Assembly (NCBI RefSeq): GCF_000143415.4
Contig: NW_003314344.1
Coordinates: 745,737 to 809,736 of the forward strand
Source: Selaginella moellendorffii
Taxonomy: Eukaryota; Plantae; Lycopodiophyta
Length of the DNA: 64,000 nucleotides
Direction: 5' to 3'
Positions within the stretch are counted from its first letter, which is position 1, and each line of letters begins with the position of its first letter. This document shows positions 22,501 to 35,300 of this stretch, one piece after another. Both the position numbers and the translations under genes were made by a program. Below the pieces are notes generated by a model that made no database searches, had not been told where the DNA came from, and saw only the letters and a list, made by a program, of their open reading frames with translations.

Positions 22501-25500
22501 TTGTTTGTGCAGAACGATCATGATCCGTCACGACTGATAGCGGAGACCCCGTGCAAGCTAATGCGCTTTCTAGTGGCGGACGGTAGCCATGTTGACACCG
22601 ACACACCCTACGCCGAGGTGGAAGTTATGAAAATGTGCATGCCTCTTCTTTCACCGGCTTCCGGCACAATCCACTTCAAGCATTTGGAAGCACAAGCGAT
22701 GGTGGTACGTTCTACCGTCGGTTTAGTGTTTGTTATCTTGCTTTGTGTGTTCTGTCCGTGCAGGCCGGCGATTTGATTGCGGTGCTCGACTTGGATGATC
22801 CTTCTGCTGTGAGAAAAGCAGTTCCATTTTCGGAAGGATTTCCGGCACTTGGAACTCCAATACCGGTCCCTGGAAAGGTTCATCATCGCTGTGCCTTGAT
22901 CATTAATGCCTCGAACATGATACTCGCCGGTTACGAACACAACGTGGACGAGGTAAGCTGATCAGTACTTAGTCCATTTGGCTTAAGCTTTACGAGACTT
23001 TTTTGTGTGGGTTGTAGGTTGTGCAGACTCTTCTCAGTTGCTTGGACGATCCTCAGCTGCCCGTTCTTCAGTGGCAAGAATGCATTGCAGTACTCGCAAG
23101 CCGAATCCCGACCAACTTGAAAGCTCGGGTACAGTGTGGGTTTTTCATTTGAATGAGCACGCAGCTTACTGTGTTCTACACAGCTGGATCTGAAGCTGAA
23201 AGAGTACGAAGCCTCGTCTGGTAGCGAGCGAGGAGCTGCAGACTTTCCTGCCAAGGGAGTGCGGGAAGTTTTAGAGGTGAGTTCTTACGTTGTTTTTTTA
23301 CGAAAGCCATCCTTCTTTGTAGGAATTCCTTGCCTCCGCAACCGATCAAGACAGGGCGACACAAGAAAGGCTTGTGGAGCCCTTGTTAACGCTAGCCAAG
23401 TCATACGAGGGGGGGCGCCGGGGTCACGCCTGCAGCATCGTAAAAGCACTCTTTGAGGAGTATTTGCTCGTCGAGGAGCATTTCAGCCAAGGCACCGGTA
23501 CACAGGTGTGTATCGAGCTTCGCTCTTTTTTGAATCACGAGCTCCAAATTCTTTGCTTTGCAGGCTGACGTCATCGAAAGCCTTCGACACGTCCACAAGA
23601 AAGACCTCTGGAAGGTTGTCGATATTGTGCTCTCTCACCAGGTAATGTTTTTCCTCCCTAAGAACTAAGAACGCTAAGTAACTGGAGAACACAGGGTATC
23701 AAGACTAAGAACGCCTTAATGTTACGCCTTATCGAAGCTCTCGTGTATCCTAACCCCTCCGCATACAGAGACCAACTTGTGCGTTTGGCGGCCTTGAGTG
23801 ACTCAAACTACACGGAGGTACGTAAACTCCTCCTTGGTTGTGTGTAGTAACGTGGTGGTAATGCAGCTGGCGGTAAAGTCGAGCCTTCTTCTGGAACAAT
23901 CTAAGTTGAGCGGAATTCGAGCAGATATTGCGCGAAGTCTATCAGAGCTGGGAATGTTTACGGAGGACGAAAACGGCTCAAAGCGATCTGGCAAGAGTGC
24001 TATCGACGAGAGAATGGAATACTGGGTTGACGCACCGGTTGCTGTGGAAGATGCTCTTGTGGCGTTGTTTGATCACGGTGACCATGGCGATCACACGTTG
24101 CAAAGGCGCGTTATCGAGACTTACATCCGAAGGCTGTATCAGGTACTTTGTTCTGTGTGTGTGTTCTTGACAAACTTGTCGGGCCTCGCAGCCATATCTA
24201 GTGAAAGGTTCAGTCCGGATGCAATGGCAGCGCTCGGCAATGCTAGCCTCGTGGCAATTCTACGAGGAAGGGCCTCTCCGGGTGGCAGCAGCGGCAGAAG
24301 AAAGTGAACCAGTCAAATGGCGTGGGGCCATGGCGGTCCTCTCGTCCTTGAACACACTCTCGTCTACTGTTCGGACTGCGCTTGAAGAGTGGTTTGGTGT
24401 CACGCAGGAGACCAAGGACTCTAACCATACCCGCCTTGGCAACGTGCTCCATATTGCTCTCGTCGGGAGGAAGAACCAGCTGAGTGCTCATCAAGACAGG
24501 TATATGAAGGAGCTTTTGTGCCTGTGGTGTGACACACTTAACATTTTGCAGTGGTGATGAGGGGCAGACGCAAGAAAGAGTCGAGAAGCTCGCCAAGGGA
24601 CTCAAGGGTGAGACCTTGCGAGGATTGCTGCAAGCTGCCGGAGTTGGAGTTGTGAGCTGCATCATCCAAAGAGACGAAGGCAGGGGTCCAATCCGCCACT
24701 GCTTTCACTGGTCTCAGGAGACGAAATCATATGCAGAAGACCCGCTCTACCGTCACGTCGAGGCACCTCTCTCTGGTTTCCTTGAGCTGGTATGTATAGA
24801 ATCAATCCTCCCTCGTCACCCCAAAGCAACACTTTCCTTCGTTATTGCAGGACAACTTGAAGGAGCTTGGAACGATGAAGTACTCACTGTCACGGGACAG
24901 GCAATGGCATCTTTACTCTGTCCAGGAGAAGAAGGGAAAGTCGACGGTGAAGCGCACGTTTCTACGGACTTTCGTGAGGCAAACGAAGACGCTGGACGAG
25001 GATGGCACTTTTGAGAGCGTGATCAAGGCGCTCCAAGGCGCTCTGGAAGAGCTGGAAGTCGCAGAAGGAAGAGCTGAGCACGTCCATATGTACCTTTGCG
25101 TGCTGAGGCCGCAGGGAGTGAGAAGCCTGGCCTCGTCAATCGTGATGTGGCTCGAGGCGCTGGTACACAAGATCTACGCTGCTCTTGGAACACGCATGTA
25201 CCGCCTAGCCGTGCTTGCATGGGAGCTCCGGATGTCTTTGGGTGGCGAAGGCATCTGGAGAGTGGTGGTGTCTAACGCTACTGGTTACACTTGCAAGGTT
25301 GAGGTAAAAGTCTTTCTTTGCTCCTCTTGTCTCTTTGATTCACAGCTCTACATCTCTTCTTTCTTTGTGTGCTCGCAGATCTACAGGGAGGTGCGCGATC
25401 CTCTCACGAAGCAGACCGTCTATAGCTCGCCGTTTCCAGGTTGTGAGGGGCCGCTCCATGGAGTCCCGTTGTCCAAGCAGTGCAAGCCGTTGGAAGCTCT

Positions 25501-27844
25501 CGACTCTAGACGGCTGCTGGCCAGGAAGAACGGCACCACCTTTTGCTACGACTTCCCTCTGGTAAGTTGTGCGTGTTTCTAGCTGAGCGACGAACGAGCT
25601 TGTGTCAAACCAGGTGTTCGAGGCTGCGCTCAAGCAGTGCTGGAAGGAGTCCGGGATGGAGCTGCCCAAGGACACCACAGCGTTCTGCGCAACCGAGCTC
25701 GTGTTTCCCACGGCAAACCAGTCGTGGGACGCCACCCTGGTGGAGACGAACCGGCCCAGCGCCAGCAACGACATTGGAATGGTAGCGTGGCGTCTGGAGC
25801 TGTGCACTCCAGAGTACCCTCAGGGCCGCCACCTTATCGTGGTTTCCAACGACGTAACGCATGCCGCTGGCTCCTTCGGCCCCAAGGAGGACGCCTTCTT
25901 CAAGTGCGTCACGGACATGGCGTGCCGGGAGAAGCTCCCTCTCGTCTACCTGGCCGCCAACTCGGGTGCCCGGATCGACGTAGCGGAGGAAGTGAGGAGG
26001 AGCTTCCAGGTCGGGTGGCTGGACGACTCTCGCCCGGAGCACGGCTTCCACTACCTCTACCTCCGGCCGGACGACTACTCCAAGCTCGGCGCCTTCGTGA
26101 ACGCTCACAAGCTGGAGGTGGCGGACGGACAGGTGCGCTGGGTGATCGACGATATCATCGGGCAGAAGGACGGGCTCGGCGTGGAGAACCTCTCGGGGAG
26201 CGGTGCCATCGCCAGCGCCTACTCCAAGGCATACAGGGAGACCTTCACCTTGACGTACGTCTCCGGCAAGACGGTCGGCATCGGTGCCTACCTTGCTCGT
26301 CTGGGAATGCGGTGCATCCAGCGGTTGGACCAGCCGATCATCCTCACGGGCTACTCGGCGCTCAACAAGCTCCTGGGACGAGAAGTGTACAGCTCGCAAA
26401 TGCAGCTCGGGGGACCCAAGGTGATGGCGACGAACGGCGTCACGCATCTCACTGTGAGCGACGATCTCGAAGGAGTGTCCGCCATCCTCAACTGGCTGAG
26501 CTACGTCCCCAGCGTCAAAGGTGGCGGGCTTCCGTCTCGGCCCAGCGACGATCCCCCGGACAGGACAGTGGCCTACGTCCCGGAGAACAGCTGCGATCCT
26601 CGTGCCGCGGTGGCCGGAGTTTACAACTCCGAGGGTGGCGGCGGCTGGATGGGCGGTATCTTCGACAAAGGCAGCTTCACCGAGACGCTCGAGGGGTGGG
26701 CTCGGACGGTAGTGACAGGGCGTGCTCGGCTCGGGGGGATACCAGTTGGGATCATCGCGGTGGAGACGCAGACGGTCATGCAAGTGATCCCTGCGGACCC
26801 CGGACAGCTCGACTCGCAGGAGAGAGTGGTGCCGCAAGCCGGACAGGTCTGGTTCCCGGACTCGGCCTCCAAGACGGCCCAAGCCATGATCGACTTCAAC
26901 AACGAGGGGCTCCCGCTCTTCATCCTGGCCAACTGGAGAGGCTTCTCGGGTGGCCAAAGGGATCTCTTTGAGGGAGTTTTGCAAGCCGGATCCACCATCG
27001 TGGAGCACCTCCGCACGTACCAGCAACCGGTGTTCGTCTACGTGCCTCGGAATGGCGAGCTTCGAGGCGGGGCCTGGGTGGTGGTGGACAGTAAGATCAA
27101 TCCGGACCAAGTCGAGATGTACGCCGACAGCACGGCTAGAGCCGGGGTGCTCGAGGCCGAGGGAGTAGCCGAGATAAAGTTCCGGAGGGAGCAAATCCTC
27201 GACTCCATGAAGCGCTTGGATCCAGTACTGCCACGACTCGAGGATCCAGCAGCGATGAGAGCTCGCCAGGACAGCCTGATTCCAGTGTACAAGCAGATCG
27301 CCCTCCGCTTCATTGATATGCACGACACGGCCTTCCGGCTGGCCGCCAAAGGGATCATCCGGCGGGTGGTGGACTGGGAGTGCTCGAGGTCTTTCTTCTA
27401 CAACAGGTTGGCGAGGAGGCTGGCCCAAGAATCTGTGATACAACGTGTGCTAGCGGCTGCTGGAAGCGAGTGTAGTCACCGGGACGCGCTGGAGCTGTTG
27501 AGGCAGTGGTTCTTGACGTGGAGCAGCAGCAGCACCGGTGATGGGGATGGTTGGGCCGACGATACTCTGGTTGTGGAGTGGCTGGCCAGCAACGAGTCCA
27601 GGATCCAACGGGAGCTCCAGCAGCTCAGAGTGCAGAAAGTTTCGAGGCAGATGCTCAGTGATTGTCAAAATCGAAACGACGATCTCGAGGTGCTGCCGCA
27701 AGTTATACGGAACCTTGTTGATAAGGTAAGTTTTGTCTACCGTCTAGCTGTGCAGCTCTGATCTCCTCTTCGTCTTGCTCGTGTCAGATGGATCCTGCTG
27801 CCAGGCAAGCACTCAAGGAGCAAATTAAAGCAGCACTACTGTAA
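19560..27844 (+). CDS. ACC1: Homomeric acetyl-CoA carboxylase (BC-BCCP-CT), many short introns
   Basis: [62 protein letters not shown], biotin site EVMKM, and the large CT exon with [30 protein letters not shown]. Last exon [18 protein letters not shown]. Confidence 0.97.
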
Positions 27845-27929
27845 GACTTATTGCTGTTGTCATTCCTTTTCCAAGGCACGGAGGAGCTCAGCAAGGATCC
27901 CACCTCCGTTCTGATCACCTACGTGAAAT

Positions 27930-28440
27930 TGTTTGGTTCACATTCAAATAAAGAAAAAATAAGTTCACCTGAGTTCTCAGTGGCATGTCCGTTATCATAC
28001 AAGTCTGAGCTTTGTTCCATGCTCTTGCTCTTAGTTGGGGCCGAGCACAGGTAATGGAGAACGTAGTCGTTTTAGGAGGCGGTTGTTGCTGCAAGATAGG
28101 GACTTGAGAGCGGGCATGAGCTCCCTACTCTTCGACTGGATTGTTCTGCCAATGGAAAGCTCCTGTAACAAAGCCAACTTAGTACATGTTTCCTTCTAAC
28201 TTGATACATACCAGTAAGAACTCCAAATGAGGTGTCTTCTCCAGGCACTGTGCAAGTTCATCTCCAAGGTACGAAAGTGAAATGTTGCAGACAACACCAC
28301 TGATCGCAATGGCCTCCCTGCATTTCTGAATCAGCAGTGGCTCGTTCAACCGGAGTGCCAGCATCAGTGCTCATGAATAACACTTGCTTTCCAGTGCATC
28401 ATTGATTGCCTACACAGAAGGCAACAACAAGCTTCACATC
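27930..28440 (-). pseudogene. PWP2: 3' remnant of PWP2 (Utp1), convergent with ACCase and cut off at the repeat block
   Basis: ALMLALRLNEPLLIQKC...LEKTPHLEFLL resembles the PWP2 C-terminal domain. It is an inverted match to about 50340-50870. Confidence 0.75.
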
Positions 28441-28599
28441 TAGTGAGCCCGTAAAGACCAATCGTACCCCTGGTGTGACATCCATATCGAGATCAGTGGG
28501 ATAAAAAACAAGGTCCAATGAAGTGCTCGAGGAACAAGCATGAAGCAAGCAATGAATGAGTCTCTAGAAAAAGGACACAAAAGGACCAGCATGACACAT

Positions 28600-28742
28600 A
28601 GAAGTGTCCGAGATGGAGTCGAGATGGAGTCTGAAATGGACTTGAGACGGAGTCCGAGATAGACCCAAGATGGACCCAAGATGGAGTTTAAGATGGACCC
28701 AAGATGGACCTGAGATGGAGTCCGAGATGGACCCGAGATGGA
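28600..28742. repeat. Short degenerate tandem repeats (GAGATGGAGTCC / GAGATGGACCC), probably an LTR fragment
   Basis: The reverse complement resembles the CTCGGACTCCGTCTC repeats inside the LTRs at 31.6 and 45.0 kb. Confidence 0.5.
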
Positions 28743-30945
28743 ATCGTGTCTCCTCACCCAGCATGCTCTCCTTAGCCATGGACAGCTCCTCAACCATTGG
28801 ATACATCTTCTCGCCCATGGCCTCCTTAACAAGCCGGCGAACCTCCACCAGGACCAGCGGCAGCAATGGTGGCACCATTGAGAGTGGCAGGGCCGGGGAC
28901 GAAGGAGGCGGCGGTGGCTGCTGCTGCTATTGCCTCCCCAGTATTGATGGGGGGTGGGGTTGTGCAAGGGTTCTCGGCTGCAGAGAGAGCCTCGGCGTGG
29001 CTTCCCTGGCACCCACTTCAGCGTTTGGCAGAGTCGTGCTGTGTGGTCCATGGGCATGGCCTTGGGACCACATCCGCACGCCTATCGGGCGAGGGGGAGG
29101 GAGGCAGCAGTGTGGTCCTCTGGGCTTCCAAGGGAGGCAAGCCTCGGGGGCGGCACGGCTGCTTGGCAAGGGCCAGGCAAGGGTGGCATTAGTGGTGGCA
29201 ACTGCTTCAACAGCTCTTGCAATCGCTGTTCTACCATTGCCAATCGTTGCTCAGTGAGTGCCTGATGGTGGGATATGAAATCCTCACTCTGAAATAGAGG
29301 AGAGAAGGAGGAGAATAAAAAGATACATGATCTCTCACCGCTTTGCTAGATCCACCCCAAGAGCCCTAATTAATAAGACCTTAGCTCGATTCCCCTTTGC
29401 AATGCTTTTGCCTCTGCTCTTGCTTGTGGAATGCCCAAGTGCCGCAAGGAGTTCATGGTGTTTCAGTTGCTCTCCAACATCCAGGACACGATCACTTGCC
29501 TCGACTGGAACCTCGGCGGCAATTGGATCATCTGCAGCTACAAGGACTTGGTGAGGGTTTTCACAGGCCAGGCAAGCTCTTTGCGCACCTCAACGTTTTC
29601 AATGGTGTCTTCTTCTTCACCGAGAGCACTGAGAGCGGGTCTGCACCTAGGATGGCATGCTGTGTCACTGGGGGCTCAAAAGCTTCCATCTCCCGTGCAG
29701 GTTTAGGGTTTAGGGTTTAGGGTTTGGGGAGAGTACCCAGGATAGAGGCCTACCATGGTGGTAACGGGTAACGGGGAATTAGGGTTTGATTTCGGAGAGG
29801 GACATGAGGCTCACATAGGGCCACAATGTTCCAAAGTGTTGTTCCAAAGTCCAAATGGCATCAGAGGGTGGCACTTCTTTTGTTCAAGGCTGAGGCCAAG
29901 GGAGGTGACCATCATTAAGGTGCTCACAACATGTTCTGCCATCTCAGGGATTGTGTGGTGAGCATGGTGGAAGCTTGCTCGCATCACAATCTTGGCTTGC
30001 TCTAGTTACCAGCGCTGCGAGGCTAATGTTCTATCTCACTCTCGGGATCGTTCTTGATGCTTGCGCTTAGGTCGAAGCTTTCGAGCGATCCACCAGAGCC
30101 TTGTGCAAAGTGGCATGACCAGCCTGAACTACGCTGTTGGGAGCGTTGGCCTGGCCAAAGTTTTGAGCATCCACAAGAGCTTACAGTCTCAACAAAGGCA
30201 CAAGAGCCACAGTGATTAAATGAAGATTAACAAAACAGAAGATTGCAGCTAGATCAAGGCTAGGGTTTAGGGTTTAGGGAGCCTGATCAATGGTTGTAGT
30301 AGTAGCAATCTACACTCTAAGTTACACAATCTCTCTCTCACACACACACACACCTAATTACATACTTTCATCTTTCGGAGTATGATAGACATTCCTAGTG
30401 TGCTAGACACAGTAGGAACAACAATGATGATACCAATCCACTGATCATACTGGTGATGGTCCCCATCCCTTGCGGTGGTGGTGGTGGTGAGGACGGTCGC
30501 AATGGTGCCGATTGTTATGGTGGTCATGGTGACGATGGTGGCGACGGTCATGGTGATTGTGGCAGTGGTGGCAATCGTGTGTCCTCACCCAGCATGCTCT
30601 CCTTAGCCATGGATAGCTCCTCAACCATTGGACACATCTTCTCGCCCATGGCCTCCTTAACAAGCCAACAAACCTCCGCCAGGACTAGCAGCAGCAGTGG
30701 CGGCACTGTTGAGAGCGGCAGGGCCGGGGATAGAGGAGGCAGCAGCGGCAGCTGTTGCTGCTGCTGTAGGGGTGGCATTAGCGGCGGCAACTGCTTCAAC
30801 AGCTCTTGCAATCGCTGTTCTACCATTGCCAATCACTACTTAGTGAGCGCCTGACGGTGGGATATGAAATCCTTACTCTGAAATAAAGGAGGAAACAGTA
30901 GCAAGGGGAGAATAAAAAGATTCATGATCTCTCACCGCTTTGCTA
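28742..30945. repeat. Long (about 1.8-kb) ancestral-type units: coiled-coil/Pro-rich gene (minus), PWP2 fragment (plus), telomeric tracts, (CA)n
   Basis: The same modules recur at 31906-32795 and 42200-43290, and inverted at 45301-48345. Confidence 0.85.
29739..29802 (+). pseudogene. 64-bp 18S rRNA fragment inserted in the repeat unit
   Basis: AGGATAGAGGCCTACCATGGTGGTAACGGGTAACGGGGAATTAGGGTTTGATTTCGGAGAGGGA matches a conserved 18S segment. Other copies read GAGTACCCATGAGG with no insert. Confidence 0.88.
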
Positions 30946-30947
30946 TG

Positions 30948-31905
30948 AGCAACGGAGCGTTAGCCATCCATCCACGGATTCCCAATCCCCCTCCCTGGGT
31001 TAGACTGGACTTAAGGTTCGGCTACACTCCCTGCAAGCACAAGCAGCCAAGCACACCAAGCTTCTAGGTTCCTAACATCCCTTGGTACCACAAGACTTGA
31101 TCATGGGACCCTCTAAATCCCAAGTCTTGAGTGCAACACTTGCTTCAGGACGCCGGGGCGAAACACCGTGGCCTAGTGGCCCGGTATGGGTACCTCTACC
31201 CCCCCACTTCCATCTCGAAGGAAGGCCCAAGCCCCTAGGAAGGGCGAGGACCAATGAGCCGCATAATACTCAAGTGGGGCACCACTCCACATGAGCCAGG
31301 AGCACCGCAATCGGTTTCCCTTTCGGGAGTGGGAGCTGCTCTTGAGCACTTCCTTGGATGGCCCCTCCGGCACCAACCAAGTCTATGCTCACTCCCACCC
31401 AAGGCCCTTCGGTCCCAGTCCCAACCTCAAGTCGGTTTGGGAGCCCCACTGGAGAGTCCCTTCTAAACTGGTTCCTGGACCTCACTATCCCTACTATACT
31501 TTTGGAACCCCCTGCAGCCCCCCCCCCCCCCTGGGAGACACACGCTTTGGGCTTTCACCCCTTGACCCGTATTAGTATTTGGACTTAGTCTTTGGCTCGA
31601 TCTCGGACTCGATTTCGGATCCGACTTCGGATTTGGTCTCGAACTCGATCTCGGACTCGATCTCGGACCCGATCTTGGACCCGACTTCGGACTCGATCTC
31701 GGACCCGATTTCGGATCTCGGACTCCGTCTCAAACTCGGCCGAGTCGGCCTCGGACTCGATTCCGGACTCTATCTCGAACTCGGTCTCCGAGTCGGTCTT
31801 GGACTCGATCTTCGACTTGGTCCCATCCGATAAACTCTTTGTCATTTTGGTCATGCTTTCGGGGTTCCTTTAGCTTACGACACCCTGGCGAGTTGGTTCC
31901 TTACA
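30948..31905 (-). mobile_element. Truncated solo LTR of the Gypsy element at 44.1-45.3 kb
   Basis: Colinear with about 44305-45300 and ends in GGTTCCTTACA. Contains the poly-C tract and TCGGAC/TCGATC repeats. Confidence 0.85.
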
Positions 31906-32399
31906 ATGGATTGTGTGGTGAGCATGGTGGAAGCTTGCCCACATCACAATCTTGGCTTGCTCTAGTTACCAGCGTTGTGAGGCTGACGTTCTATCTCACC
32001 CTCGGGATCGTTCTCGACGCTTGCACTCAGGTCGAAGCTCTAGAGCGATCCACCAGAGCCTTGTGCAAAGTGGCATGACCAGCTTGAACTACGCTGTTGG
32101 GAGCGTTGGCCTGGCCAAAGTTTTGAGCATCCACAAGAGCTTACAGTCTCAACAAAGGCACAACAGCCACGGTGATTATATGAAGATTAACACAACAGAA
32201 GATGGTCGTAGTAGCAACAATCTGCACTCTAAGTTAGACAATCTTACACACACACACACACCTGATTACATGCTTTCATTTTTCGGAGTATGATAGACAT
32301 TCCTATTGTGCTGGACACAGTAGGAATAACAATGATGATACCAATCCACTAATCATACTGGTGATGGTCCCCATCCCTTGCGGTGGTGGTGGTGGTGAG

Positions 32400-35300
32400 G
32401 ATGGTTGCAATGGTGCCGATTGTCATTGTGGTCGTGGTGACAATGGTGGTGACGGTCGTGGTGGTTGTGGCAGTGGTGGCAATCGTGTGTCCTCACCTAG
32501 CATGCTCTCCTCAGCCATGGACGGTTCCTCAACCATTGGACACATCTTCTCGCCTATGGCCTCCTTAACAAGCCGGCAAACCTCCACCAGGACCAGCGGC
32601 ACTGTTGAGAGCGGCAGTGCCGGGGACGAAGGAGGCGGCGGCGGCAGCTACTACTGCTATTGCAGGGGTGGCATCAACGGCAGCAACTGCTTCAACAGCA
32701 CTTGCAATCGCTATTTTACCATTGCCAATTGCTCCTTAGTGAGCGCCTGACGGTGGGATATGAAATCCTCACTCTGAAATAGAAGAGGAAACAGTAGGGT
32801 TTAGGGTTTAGGGTTTAGGGTGGCAATGGTGCTGATGGTCATGGTGGTCGTGGTGACGACGGTGGTGACGGTCATGGTGGTTGTGGCAGTGGTGGCAATC
32901 GTGTGTCCTCACCCAGCATGCTCTCTACAACCATGGACGGCTCCTCAACCATTGGACACATCTTCTCGCCCATGGCCTCCTTAACAAGCTGGCGAACCTC
33001 CGCTAGGACTAGCGGCAGCAGTGGCGGCACCGTTGAGAGCGGCAAAGCCGGGGATGGAGGAGGCGGTAGTGGTAGCTACTACTACTGCTGGAGGGGTGGC
33101 ATCAGCAGCGGTAACTGCTTCAACAGCTTTTCTAATTGCTATTTTACCATTGCCAATCGCTCCTCAGTGAGCTCCTGATGGTGGGATATGAAATCCTGAC
33201 TCTGAAATAGAGGAGGAAACAGTAAACCCTAAACCCTAAACCCTAAACCAAGAGCATTGAGGGCGGGTCTGCACCTAAGATGGCGTGCTGTGTCACTGTG
33301 GGCTCAAAAGCTTCCACCTCCCATGCAGGTTTAGGGTTTAGTGTTTAGGGCTTGGGGAGAGTACCCATGAGGCTCATGTAGAGCCACAGTGTTCCAAGGA
33401 TGGTGGCAATGGTGCCGATGGTCATGGTGGTCCTATTGACGACGGTGGCGACGGTCGTGGTGGTTGTGGCAGTGGTGGCAATCGTGTGTCCCCACCCAGC
33501 ATGCTCTCCTCAGCCATGGACGGCTTCTCAACCATTGGACACATCTTCTCGCCCATGGCCTCCTTAACAAGCCGGCGAACCTCAGCCAGGACCAGCGGCA
33601 ACAGTGGCGGCACCGTTGAGAGCGGCAGGGCCGGTGGCGGTGGCAGCTGCTACTGCAAGGGAGGCATCAGCGGCGGCAACTGCTTCAATAGCTCTTGCAA
33701 TCGCTGTTCTACTATTCCCAATCGCTGCTCAGTGAGCGCCTGATGGCGGGATATGAAATTCTCACTCTGAAATAGAGGAGGAAACAGTAGGGTTTAGGGT
33801 TTAGGGTTTAGGGTGGCAATGGTGTTGATGGTCATAGTGGTCGTGGTGACGATGGTGGCGACCATCATGGTGCTTGTGGCAGTGTTGGCAATCGTGTGCC
33901 CTCACCCAGCATGCTCTCCTCAGCCATGGACGGCTCCTCAACCATTTGACACATCTTCTCACCCATGGCCTCCTTAACAAGCCGGCGAACCTCTGCCAGG
34001 ACCAACGGTAGCAGTGGCAGCACCATTGAGAGCGGCAGGGCTGGTGGCGGTGGTAGCAGCTACTGCTGCTGCTGTAGGGGAGGCATCAACGGCGGCAACT
34101 ACTTCAACAACCATTGCAATCGCTGTTCTACCATTCCCAATCGCTGCTCAGTGAGCGCCTGATGGTGGGATATGAAATTCTCACTCTGAAATAGAGGAGG
34201 AAATATGAGGGTTTAGCGTTTAAGGTTTAGGGTGGCAATGTTGCTGATGGTCATGGTGGTCGTGGTGACGATAGGGGCGACAGTCATGGTGGTTGTGGCA
34301 GTGGTGGCAATCGTGTGTCCTCACCAAGCATGCTCTCCTCAGCCATGGACGGCTCCTTAACCATTGGACACATCTTCTCGCGCATGGCCTCCTTAACAAA
34401 CCGGCGAACCTCCGCCAGGACTAGTGGCAACAGTGGCGGCACCATTGAGAGCGGCAGGGCTGGTGGCGGTGGCAGCAGCTCCTGCTACTGCTGCAGGGGA
34501 AGCATCAACGGCGGCAACTGCTTCAATAGCCCTTGCCATCGCTGTTCTACCATTGCCAATCGCTGCTCAGTGAGCGCCTGATGTTGGGATATGAAATTCT
34601 CACTCTGAAATAGAGGAAACATGGTGGTTATGGTGGTTGTGGAAGTGGTGGCAATCGTGTGTCCTCACCCAACATGCTCTCCGCAACCATGGACGGCTCC
34701 TTAACCATTGGACACATCTTCTCGCCCATGGCCTCCTTAACAAGCTGGTGAACCTCCACTAGGACCAGCAGTTGCAGTGGCGACACTGTTGAGAGCGGCA
34801 GGGCCAGGGACGGAGAAGGCGGTGACGGCAGCTACTGCTGCTGCTACAGGGGTGGCATCAGCGGCGGCAACTGCTTCTATAGCTCTTGCAATCGCTATTC
34901 TACCATTGCCAATCGCTACATAGTGAGCGCCTGATGGTGGGATAAGAAATCCTCACTTTGAAATAGAGGAGGAAACAGTAAACCCTAAACCCTAAACCCG
35001 AAACCAAGAGCATTGAGGGTGGGTCTGCTCCTAGGATGGCGTGCTGTGTCACTCTGGGCTCAAAAGCTTCCACCTCCCATGTAGGTTTAGGGTTTAGTGT
35101 TTAGGGCTTGGGAAGAGTACCCATGAGGCTTGCGAGAGGCACAGTGTTCTGAGGGTGGTGGTAATGGTGCCGATGGTCATGGTGGTTGTGGAGACGACGG
35201 TGGCAACAGTCGTGGTGGTTGTGGCTGTAGTGGCAATCGTGTGTCCCCACCCAGCATGCTCTCCTCAACCATTGGACACATCTTCTCGCCTATGGCCTCC

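Noticed and set aside
25605-27443. 612-aa minus-strand ORF and 444-aa alternative-frame ORF
   Set aside because: Shadows of the GC3-rich ACCase exon.
312-27844. Metabolic gene cluster (GSA, P5CR, ACCase)
   Set aside because: Unrelated pathways (tetrapyrrole, proline, malonyl-CoA) interleaved with unrelated genes; proximity reflects genome compactness.
31579-31873. RS/RD-rich ORFs resembling SR proteins
   Set aside because: Translations of the short tandem repeats inside the LTR; the same applies at 44837-45228.
33760-33790. Minus-strand TTTCCTCCTCTATTTCAG as a splice acceptor in every monomer (alternative-exon array)
   Set aside because: In intact copies it is in frame with an ATG and encodes the hydrophobic leader LFPPLFQ. 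No matching donor is seen within the monomers. Not fully excluded without RNA data.
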